A stretch of DNA of 64,000 nt from positions 44,578,001 to 44,642,000 of the forward strand of contig NC_043005.1 in the NCBI RefSeq assembly GCF_006345805.1, written 5' to 3'. Made by a program: the position numbers and the translations under genes. Below, one piece after another: positions 53,620 through 64,000 of the stretch (position 1 is its first letter; each line of letters starts with the position of its first letter). This stretch comes from Octopus sinensis. Its lineage: Eukaryota. Under the pieces are notes generated by a model. It had not been told where the DNA came from. It worked only from the letters and a program-made list of their open reading frames with translations, and did no database searches.

Positions 53620-54301
53620 TATTCTTTTATTTGCTTCAGTCACTTGCTGGAGGGTTTTTAGTTGAACAAATAAACCCCAGGACTTTTTTTTTTAAATCCT
53701 AGCACTTACTTTATCAGTCTCTTTTGCTAAACCACTAAGTTATGAAGACATAAATACACCAACACCTGTTGTCAAGTGATGATGGTGGGGTGACAAATAC
53801 AGACACACAAACACACACACACACACACACAGATACACACACACGCACGTGCACAAACACACACATGTATATGTATATTTGTATATATATATATATATAT
53901 ATATATATGATAGGTTTCTTTCAGTTTCTTTTTTTTTTCTTTATTACCCACAAGAGGCTAAACATAGAGGTGACAAACAAGGACAGACAAAGGGATTAAG
54001 TCGATTATATCGACCCCATTGCATAACTGGTACTTAATTTATTGACCCTGAAAGGATGAAAGGCAAAGTGGAACTCGGCGGAATTTGAACATAGACCGTA
54101 AAGACAGACGAAATACTGCTAAGTATTTCACCCGGCATGCTAGCATTTCTGCCAGTTCACTGCCTTATTCAGTTTCTGTCTACCAAATCAACTCACAGGG
54201 CTTTGATCAGCTCAAGGCTACAGTAGAAGACATTTGCCCAAGGTACCATACTGTGGAACTGAATCCGGAACCATGTAGTTGGGAAGCAAGCTTCTTATCA
54301 C

Positions 54302-54338
<37 letters not shown>

Positions 54339-54505
54339 ATATATATATATTATGGGCTTCTTTCAGTTACTGTCCATCAAATCCACTCACAAAGCTTTGG
54401 TTACCTGGGGCTATAGCAGAAAATACTTGTCCAATGTGCCATGCAGTGGAACTGAACCTAGAGCTATGTGGTTGGGAAGCAAACTTATCACACAGCCACA
54501 TCTGT
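53620..54505 (-). mobile_element. Cluster of family A SINEs with a nested Meta-like SINE (53935-54160)
   Basis: Family A tail, inserted Meta-like SINE, then two family A heads. Confidence 0.7.
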
Positions 54506-55131
54506 ACTTATGTTTGATCAGTTAAAGGAATGGAACTGGGTACCATTATCAGTTTTTGATATCCCTCAAGACAGTGATGAAGTTTCCACCTATATTTTGA
54601 ACAAGACCAGTCTTGTTCTTATTATTGTTATTACAGTTTATGTACTCCAAACTCAATATGAAGTGCCTATAAATGCAAAAGTTTTTTAAAAAATTTTATT
54701 TAGTTTCAGCTCACAAGCTGTGGCCATGCTGGGGCACCGCTATATTATGGCTTTCTTTTATTTTTATTTTTATCTTTTGTTTGTCATTAGACAGTGACTA
54801 TGCTGGGACAAAAGTCTTGAAAGGTTTAATGGAGCAAATCAACTGCAGTACTTATTTTAAAGTTTAGTGGTCTCTTTTGGTCTCTTTTGCTAAACTGCAA
54901 AAGTTATGGGCACTATCAGAAAAGCAATGTTGTTCCTTTCCAATCTTTCATGAAAAATATGTCTGACCATTGGAAAATATTATCTTGCTTGGAAACTGGT
55001 GAGAGTTAGCAACAGGACTTGCTTGCAGCGTACAAAGACTGCCTGAACAAATTCTGTTTGATGCATGCAATGAATGTAAACTGACAACGATGATGATGAT
55101 ATATATAAACACATATATCTCTGTCTATCTA

Positions 55132-55162
<31 letters not shown>

Positions 55163-55168
55163 CAATCG

Positions 55169-55202
<34 letters not shown>

Positions 55203-55204
55203 GC

Positions 55205-55568
55205 TCTTTTACTCGTTTCTTGTTTCAGTCATTTGACTGTGGCCATGCTGGAGCACCACCTTTAGTCGAGCAAATCATTCCCAGGACTTATTCTTTGTAA
55301 GCCTAGTACTTATTCTATCAGTCTCTTTTGCAGAACTGCTAGGTTACAGGGCGTAAACACACCAGCATTGGTTGTCAAGCAGACACACAAACATATACAT
55401 ATATTTGTACATACATACGATGGGCTTCTTTCAGTTTCCATCTACCAAATCCACTCACAAGGCTTTGGTCGGCCTGAGGCTATAGTAAAAGGTGCCATAC
55501 AGTGGGGTCTGAACCTGGAACCATGTTGTTGGTAAGCAAGCTACTTACCACACAGCTACTCCTATGCC
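55205..55568 (-). mobile_element. SINE family A
   Basis: Full head-to-tail match. Confidence 0.85.
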
Positions 55569-55741
55569 TATATATACATATATATACAAAGAAGAACAGA
55601 AATGAGGGTTAAAATTTACATGTATTCATTGATTACATCATAACATAAACCTACACTCTTCAGATAAAATTTTAAACAGGTATAAACAGGAAAGGGAAAA
55701 CCTTGATGATGACCTATCTCCAAAACAATATATATATATAT

Positions 55742-55788
<47 letters not shown>

Positions 55789-55792
<4 letters not shown>

Positions 55793-57204
55793 GGTATGTA
55801 GAAAAATACAACATGGACAAGAACGTATAACTCTTAGAAGACGATACAATAAACATGGACAGGACATTCGAACCCCTCAGTCTTCAGTCAAGAACCGGAT
55901 CATCGTAGTAATTTCGGCTGATTAATCTTGAGATTACTAGATCACGGCCAGCCCTCCAAGAAAAACTAAGCAACGAGCATTAGAAAAACTAAGCTGGAAG
56001 CGTAGATTTCCTGGAAGAAGGATCGAATGCATACGAACACCAGGACAGCAAAAGGGACATATAAAAAAACAAAAAACAATAATGGAATACAGAAACATGA
56101 AATACAGAAGCATTAACGGTGAAAACAACAAGTGTCTTACGACTGATAACAAGCAAACAAATTTTTTCTCTGGCGCATTGGAAGAAGCCTTTATAGTGGC
56201 GGACGAAAAACAACGAAGTTAACACGACGAGGGTCAGGAGCTGAAAGGCAGATTTCGGCCAACAGTCACGTGACAGAGAAGAGAGAAAAGAAAAGAAAGA
56301 GAAGCAAAGGAAGAGAGAGAGAGAGGAGGGACAAACGCAACAAAGAGAGAGAAGAGAGAGAAAGAAGGAATCAGAGAGGAGAAGGGATGGGTGTCGAAGA
56401 ATGACCTGTGAGTGCAGAGCGAGACAAAGAAATAGGAGGGTAGTGGAAGACTAGACCAAAGGATCAGAGGAAAGAGAAGAGAAAAAGAGGATGAGTAGAG
56501 AGAAAAGAGAGAGGGGGACAGATCAAGTAAAAATGAGAGAGAGAGAGAGACAAACAGAGAGTCGTACCAATTATTAAGAATATGTGCTCACATTAATGAT
56601 AAGGGGGGTACGGGGCGCCTGGAATATATGTTAAGGTATGTAGAAAAATACAACATGGACAAGAACGTATAACTCTTAGAAGACGATACAATAAACATGG
56701 ACAGGACATTCGAACCCCTCAGTCTTCAGTCAAGAACCGGATCATCGTAGTAATTTCGGCTGATTAATCTTGAGATTACTAGATCACGGCCAGCCCTCCA
56801 AGAAAAACTAAGCAACGAGCATTAGAAAAACTAAGCTGGAAGCGTAGATTTCCTGGAAGAAGGATCGAATGCATACGAACACCAGGACAGCAAAAGGGAC
56901 ATATAAAAAACAAAAAACAATAATGGAATACAGAAACATGAAATACAGAAGCATTAACGGTGAAAACAACAAGTGTCTTACGACTGATAACAAGCAAACA
57001 AATTTTTTCTCTGGCGCATTGGAAGAAGCCTTATAGTGGCGGACGAAAAACAACGAAGTTAACACGACGAGGGTCAGGAGCTGAAAGGCAGATTTCGGCC
57101 AACAGTCACGTGACAGAGAGGAGAGAAAAGAAAAGAAAGGAAGCAAAGGAAGAGAGAGAGAGAGGAGGGACAAACGCAACAAAGAGAGAGAAGAGAGAGA
57201 GAAA
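55789..57204. mobile_element. (TA)n-embedded A-B-A element (A ~574-bp direct repeats, B ~268 bp), unclassified, possibly Penelope-terminus-like
   Basis: 55789-56362 is nearly identical to 56631-57204. (TA)n on both sides and CpG retained. Confidence 0.75.
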
Positions 57205-57220
57205 TATATATATATATATA

Positions 57221-57458
57221 TATAAGTACATTAAAAGGCCCCTAAATAAAGAAGCAAGTACTAGATACACAAAAAAAGATGAGTCTAGCCTTGGCAGATA
57301 AATTATATTCATTTGCTAAAAAAAAGACGAAACTGCAGTACAAGATTAGCTGAGTTGGTAAACGTTTTTGATTTTCATTCCATTTCATGAATTTATCCCC
57401 TTTTTTGTGTATCTAGTACTTGCTTCTTTATTTAGGGGCCTTTTAATGTACTTATATA
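57221..57458. mobile_element. Fold-back element (~56-bp perfect inverted arms) in (TA)n containing a 5'-truncated type I hammerhead
   Basis: Arms 57221-57276 and 57401-57456. Internal GATGA-GTCT...AGAC-GAAACTGCAGTA-CAAG at 57278-57344. Confidence 0.75.
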
Positions 57459-59384
57459 TGAATAACATATAGTCTAATGACTAATTTGTCTTTTGTGCTA
57501 GATCACTGGTAATAATAATTTATTTTATTACCCTATTTACTATGTTTATATATATATATATATATCTACATGTGAGTATGATGCAGTCTCTAAGAATAAT
57601 TATGTATTACTGATATTTTTCTTACTCTAATAATGATTAAAAAATCACTCTGTATGTGATATGTATATACTCTGACTTAAATTGATCTGAGCTCAGAGGC
57701 TGAAAAAGAACTTATGCTTTGTCCACCTTATAAAAAAATAAGAAAAAACTTATGTTCCCACTTCACAGTTGAGTAGTTTGAATAACTATCTGAATTAGCA
57801 TGAAAATAAATATTTTATATGACACAACTGCAGTATGTTACTGGTTGTTATTTTGTGTTCAGATGAAATACCTGACAGCTGATCCCCCAATAGAATATGA
57901 ACTCAGAACAGAAAGCTGGGAAACAACATATTGTGAAGCATTTAGCCTAGCTCTCTACCATTTTAAGAATCTTGAATTGTCAAATAAACAAAGGAATGAA
58001 TTAGAATTAAGAACAATAGATAAATAAAACCATACTTTTAATGAAACAAAAGGATACACAGAAAAAGAATTTTGTTTGCCAATACATTCTATTCAAAACA
58101 CAAACAATTTATTTTAGCTGCCTTTCATTTTCATTTCAGGTGGTGTTATCATTTCTCAAGATGAAACAACTCACTAACTAAAATACATAAAACTGGAAGC
58201 AAAAATGTCTGTAAATATAATAGGAAGAAACATTTCTTAAGAAGGATTGTGACACTAAGTTCCCTCACAAAAGAATGTAAAATCCTATAATTTTTAATTA
58301 AATCATAAAAATAAGAAATCTTTTAAATAACCATATTTTAAAAATTAGTCATTTTGTATTTCTATTTTACTTTATTTTATTATTCATTTATTTATTGGAT
58401 AGGTTAGAGACTTAGTTTTTCTTATCAATGAAGTTGTAGGTTTTCTTATTAGAAAATGCAAAAAGCCAGAGCTGAAGAAAACATTGATAAATATACAAAC
58501 ATAAAACGTGAGCCTATAAAACTGCTGTAAAATTACCTTCAGGTGATATATTTTCATTAGAAAACTTTTCTCTGTAAGTTAAATAATGCACACAACATAA
58601 AACTGATTGTTTATTTAAATAAAAATTATTGATTCTCAAATTCTTTAAATTTCAACTACAATTTAAAGTAAACAAATGAAAATGCTAGTTGATACCTAGT
58701 TTGAAAAAAAATGGATGAAAGACAACTGGGAAAAGTAAGAATCTATAAAATTTGTCATACAGATTTAAAAAAAAGACCTGTAAGATACAAAAAATATATG
58801 TATATAAAAAAAGGCAAAAGCAGGAACAAATGAATATCAGAGGTGCAGCAACATATTTTTAAAAACTCATCCACGAAATACATTATTTGTGTAAAACAGA
58901 ATTTAAATGGCTTGACAACAATATATCAGTTCTGTATTTTTTTTCCAGTTAAAAAATCAAATTGCAAATAAAAAAAAAATCTTATCTGTTTGCTATGATT
59001 GATTTTCATTTATGTAGTTAAGTACTTTCAGTCATAATGAGATGTCAGCAGATCAAACCTTTTGCCGTCAGTTTCCTTTGACAATTTTTATAGAAACATT
59101 AACGGATATTAGACTTGTTCACTGAGCAAGATATTAAAAGTTATTAAAATATCTTTCTCCTTGTTTGATTAAATGCTACCTTCCATTTATAATCTTTGCA
59201 GAGAATCTAATGGCTGGAAACTTTTGAACATCTGCTGTAGATAGTAGCAGCCAACTTTACTTAAATTAATGCTGTGACAGAGGCTGCATTTATCATTATC
59301 TCAATATTCAGATATTAAATAGTTTTGTCATATCCTTACTGGTTGAACACCATGTAACAAATTATACGGGATTAATTACATGTT

Positions 59385-59698
59385 GAATTGATCAATCAAG
59401 ATCACAACATTGACTCATCAATTAACATATACTTTATACCATATTAGTCTATTTTGAGCCACAGAAATGACGAGTCAAAATAATGACAGTGTCTCATTAA
59501 TAAGTATGTACTTTATAATACATTAGTTTGTTTTGAGTCATAGAAAGTTATCAAGGTAATTAATGTGATTTCTCAATTAATATCTAGTTTATAATATATT
59601 AGTATATTTGAGCCATACAAATGATCAACATAACAACAATGATTCACCAATTAACATATAGATTATAAAATATTAGTCTATTTTGAGCCATAGAAAAC
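59385..59698. repeat. Degenerate minisatellite, ~73-80-bp unit, ~4 copies
   Basis: Recurring ATTAA-N-TATTAGT-TTTGAGCCATAGAAA at ~59421, 59497, 59577 and 59650. Confidence 0.65.
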
Positions 59699-60463
59699 TG
59701 GCAGAAGTTGTTCATCATTGAAATTATAAGAGATTTCAATTTTTCAATGACAACTTTATGGCTGTTATCTTCTTAGACTAGTTTTCCAGTTCACTTAAGA
59801 CAAAGCAATATATTCTTTTTCACAAGAAAGTGTTATCAGTTTTTAGTTATTTCTGTAAACCATTCTCCTTGAAGATACCTCATGCAAGTAAAATTTTATC
59901 AAAATAACCAGGAAAATTTTTTCCCACAGAAATTTTTTTATGACTACAATTCCTAGCATATTAACTCAGTAATGCTTCTTAGTTGCTTTATTCCTTATGC
60001 CTGCCTGCATTCTCTCTGATACACTTAGGCCAGCTTTGTTAAATAAAGAGCTCAGCAGAATTAGTTTTAATAGGGTCATTCCATATCAAAAAAATTTAAA
60101 AAAAGGAAAAAATGCAGGCTTGGAAACTGAAAAGCAAGGAATTGGTGCAGAAATGAATGCTTCCAATGCAAAATTGTATACAGTTAAGAATCAAATTTTG
60201 TAGTGATGTGCTTTGCAGTGTAGAAAAAGAATATGGGACTAGAGAGTTCTGAGAGAAGTATTCCAAAGATTACGGGGCATATCAATGAATATGACTTCAC
60301 AATATCATCAACATATATTTTAAACAATTAATATTTGATTCTATTCCAAGATGCATGAACAGATGTAATTCAAGCATTTGGAATTAAATGCAGAAAATCT
60401 AGGAAACTTAATCTCATCCTTAGAACTGAAACATGCATATTGTACATGGAAAATAGGATCTTC

Positions 60464-61046
60464 ACCTTTTGACCGACAGATTTAAAAAATAATTTTTTGT
60501 AACTAAATACTTTCAAACTTCCGACACTGGTAGAATGTGTCATATAAAGCATCTTTTACTCTTATCATTTTTGAGAAAAGCTTATATTTACGAAGTTATT
60601 TCACGTTAAAGTTGTCCTATTTCAGTAATTTCAACCAATCAATAACATGTATTCAGCTGAATAAAATTACTGCCGCTGTTTGTCAACAAGAACTAATGGC
60701 GTTGTATATTTCGTTTGTCACTGTTATTTATGACAACCCTAACCCTAAAACCTTACAGCTAAATGCACAAACGATATCATAAATAACAGTAACAAACGAA
60801 AAATACACCGCTGATAGTTGTTGTTGACAAACAATGGTGGTAATTTTATTCAGCTGAATACACGTCATTGATTGGTTGAAATTACCAAAATAGGGCAACT
60901 TTAACATGAAATAACTTCGTAAATATATGTTTTTCTCAAAAATGCTAAGAGTAAAAGATGTTTAATATGACACATTCTGCCAGTGTCAGAAGTTTGAAAG
61001 TGTTTAGTTACAAAAAATTATTTTTTAAATCTACCAGTCAAAAGGT
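60464..61046. mobile_element. Fold-back MITE of ~583 bp with a central AACCCTAACCCTAA
   Basis: Arms of ~270 bp are reverse complements along their whole length (ACCTTTTGAC ... GTCAAAAGGT). Confidence 0.85.
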
Positions 61047-61552
61047 AAATTTGAACAGGTTTCAGCATCAATAGTATAAATAAATGTATATAAGTATGAA
61101 GTGCATGTAGACATACACACTGAAAGAGTGAGAGGGAGAGCAGGGTCAATATTTTCCAGCAAAGAAATTTCTTGCAATTTCATATTTTACCTAAAGTATA
61201 GGATATACTTTAACACGTAAAATTAGAAAATTAAAAAAAAAAACTTTGCAGTAAAGTTGTGAGAAGACAATTACAGAAAATCATGAAACTACTAGCAAGA
61301 CACAATTTATCACATGTCATGATAAAATCATAAAATCAAAGTTAAAAATGAGAAGAGAAATTTTTGTGGAGAATTGTAGTGTTATATCAATTCAGTTTTA
61401 AGAGATACAGGTGAATGATCAACATTCTTTGCAAGATGAATATATTTAGAGTTATGTAAATGCTTGTAGATATTCAATATGAAATGATGATGATAATAAT
61501 AATAATAATAATAATAATATCAACAACAATAATGATAGTAATAATAATGATG

Positions 61553-61583
<31 letters not shown>

Positions 61584-61619
61584 TAAGAAGAAGAAGAAGA
61601 AGAACAACAACAACAACAG

Positions 61620-61906
61620 CAACAAGAATAAAAAGGATTTCAGAAACATTTAGATAAGATCTCAGAAGAACCATGTCTCAGAGAAATCCATAAGATTGTA
61701 CTGACAAGTAATGACCACATCCTTAGAAAGCCCCCTTCCATTTAAATGTCTGTGTTGTAATACATGAAGATATTTCACTACTACTCCTGCCACTTCCCCT
61801 CCCTAAGCTTTCAATCATACTGTAACATCTCTTATATCCTTCACTTGCCCCAGGACACTGGGTGCATCTCGGCAACTGATTGTAACAAGCATGCAGATTA
61901 AAGGTA

Positions 61907-61945
<39 letters not shown>
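61620..61945 (+). mobile_element. R4/Dong-like LINE 3' end
   Basis: GFQKHLDKISEEPCLREIHKIVLTSNDHILRK remnant, then UTR and a (TAA)n tail. Confidence 0.65.
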
Positions 61946-62094
61946 CCTTTCTATTATAGGCACAAAGCCTGAAATAGTCAATTATACTGACCTGACTGTT
62001 CAATTGGTATCCATTTTATTGACCCCAAAAAGATGAAAGGCAAAGTCGATCTTGGTAGAATTTGAACTCTGAACATAAAGATTCTGCCAGCTTG

Positions 62095-62209
62095 ATATCA
62101 ACAACTACAACAACAACAATAATAATAATGATGATGATTGATGATGATAAGAAGATGAAATATTATTATTGTTGTTACTACTACTACTACTTCTTCTACA
62201 ACAACAACA

Positions 62210-62243
<34 letters not shown>

Positions 62244-62256
62244 TTATTACTATCAC

Positions 62257-62304
<48 letters not shown>

Positions 62305-62320
62305 CATCATCATCATTATC
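62095..62320. repeat. Compound trinucleotide microsatellite (AAC/AAT/GAT/TAC/TAT/CAT); a similar tract lies at 61480-61625
   Basis: Direct inspection. Confidence 0.9.
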
Positions 62321-63137
62321 GGATTTACCAAAGAAATAAACATGAAATTCAGCTTAGAAAAATGTGTCAAAGCAACCTTGAAAAAAGAAAAGCCAGTTAA
62401 GAGTAAAAATATCACACTAGATAAAGCAAATTAAATAAGAGAATTAGACCAAAGCCAAACATACAAATACTTAGGAATTAATGAACTAGATATGATACAA
62501 CACACAAATAAAAGAAAAGATAAAGAAGGAATCCTATAGATGAATTAGATTAATACTTAAAACAGAGCTCAATGCGAAAAACTAAGATAATAGGTACCAA
62601 TGCTCTAACTATCCCAGTTATAAGTTACAGTTAGAATATTCTTAATTGGACACTAAATAAACTAGCCAAACTAGACTAGAAAACAAAAAAAAAAATGACA
62701 GAATTTAGGACTCACCACCCAAAATCTGATATATGAAGGTAGTTGAGGCCTTATACAACTCGAAAACTACTATACAATAACCATGATAGGATTACAGAAA
62801 TATCTAACTCAAAACTAAGGAAAACTGGTACAAACACGAGCAAAAGGAAAAACTATTTTCTCTCTTCAAGGAAGCCAACAAATACAAGAAAAAAGTCAAA
62901 GTACCTGACAACTATGAAGAAAAAGAGGAAACAATAAGAGCTGTAAAGCAACTGAAATCCAAACTAAAATTGGAACAATAAAATACCATGATAAAACAAC
63001 GCTAGAAAAGCCCCTTCATGGCAAATAGAGGGTTAAGCTAAACCGAAAAGATATAGACAAAGTAAAATCCCAACAATGGCTGAGAAGCTCAGGACTCAAA
63101 GAAGAGACTGAAGGATTTTAATTACAGTACAAGAACA
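62318..63137 (+). pseudogene. R4/Dong-like LINE RT C-terminal fragment
   Basis: INMKFSLEKCVK, TYKYLGI, LILKTELNAK, HHPKSDI, KPLHGK and SQQWLRSSGLKEETEGF remnants with stops. Confidence 0.8.
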
Positions 63138-63504
63138 CTGATACACACACATTATTATAAACATGCACAAATATATACCTTTTACCTTCTACTTGTTTCA
63201 GTCATTAGACTGTGGTCATGTTGGGGCACCACTCTGAAGAATCTTTAATGAAATGAATCGACCCTATTACTTCATTTTTTTTTAAAGCCTGGTACTTATT
63301 CTATTGACCACTTTTGCCAGACTGCTAAATTACAGGGATGGAAACACACCCACTCTGTCAAGTAGTAGCAGTGGATACAAACCCAGACACACACGTAGAT
63401 ATATACATATACATATATATGTACACACACACACACACACATATATATACACACACACATATACATATATATATAAATACATATATATATACACATACAC
63501 ACAC

Positions 63505-63544
<40 letters not shown>

Positions 63545-64000
63545 CTTTATATATATAAAACTGAGAATGTGTGTCTGTCTGTGTGTTTCCCTAAAACTTG
63601 AGAAATACACAACTAATTTCATTCAAATTTTACACATGCCTTACTTAGGGTCCGGGGAGTGTCAGGGGCAAAAGAAAAAATGTTCAACTTCTTGCCTAGA
63701 GCGAGATGATAGCAATATCATATCTTCTCCACTATTTCAGTATTACGTGTTAAAAGTGAAACAAAAACGTTTCTCTATTTTATGTCAGATACTTTCTCTT
63801 TAACAATAAAAATAATAATAACAATTGAATTATATGTAAACAAAAGTAAAAATAGCAATTGGTATAAAATTGCATCAATGATTTGGACTTGAATAAGTGG
63901 TTTCACATGAATGGGAATAAATTAAAATTAAAATTAGCGTGCAGAAATGGAATAGTCCAGATCATCATCATCCTCATCATCATCGTTTAGTGTCCATTTT

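Noticed and set aside
55880-55960. Hammerhead in the 574-bp direct repeat (minus-strand CUGAAGA and GAAA)
   Set aside because: Stems I and II could not be paired in any topology, and the downstream word is GAAU.
16548-58180. Scattered plus-strand acceptor-like sites with short open frames (~16548, 27400, 43086, 45460, 46243, 52450, 58140)
   Set aside because: Several alternative frames are open at each site, donors are weak or absent, and the pieces do not chain into a recognisable protein.
17584-63803. Numerous YI/CV/TH-repeat ORFs in the six-frame track
   Set aside because: They are translations of microsatellites and SINE bodies, not genes.

Overview
AT-rich, microsatellite-dense animal genomic DNA. 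The SINE, RTE and MITE repertoire looks like that of an octopod cephalopod; this is inferred from repeat style, not from a database search. No host protein-coding gene can be called with confidence. The recognisable coding remnants are all retroelements: three RTE-clade LINE copies (one young), a decayed Ty3/Gypsy pol and four R4/Dong-like fragments. Around them lie dozens of tRNA-derived SINEs and several MITEs. The main result is a set of hammerhead-ribozyme (HHR) elements embedded in (TA)n tracts. At 4829-6906 a ~489-bp monomer is repeated ~4.2 times, and the array flips orientation at ~5742. Four monomer copies carry a complete type I HHR core (stem I AUUUCUUA/UAAGAAAU, CUGAAGA, stem II AUCUG/CAGAU, GAAA, stem III, GUA cleavage site). 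This is the architecture of a non-LTR retrozyme or circular-RNA-derived array. Three further unrelated fold-back families (25706-26010; 30520-30835 and 32290-32500; 57221-57458) and one direct-repeat element (50725-51090) carry degenerate, truncated or variant type I HHRs, as is typical of Penelope-like element termini. No autonomous Penelope ORF is present in the window. Ribozyme activity is predicted by eye only. Single-base indels between young repeat copies suggest residual long-read error, so assembly artefacts must be excluded.
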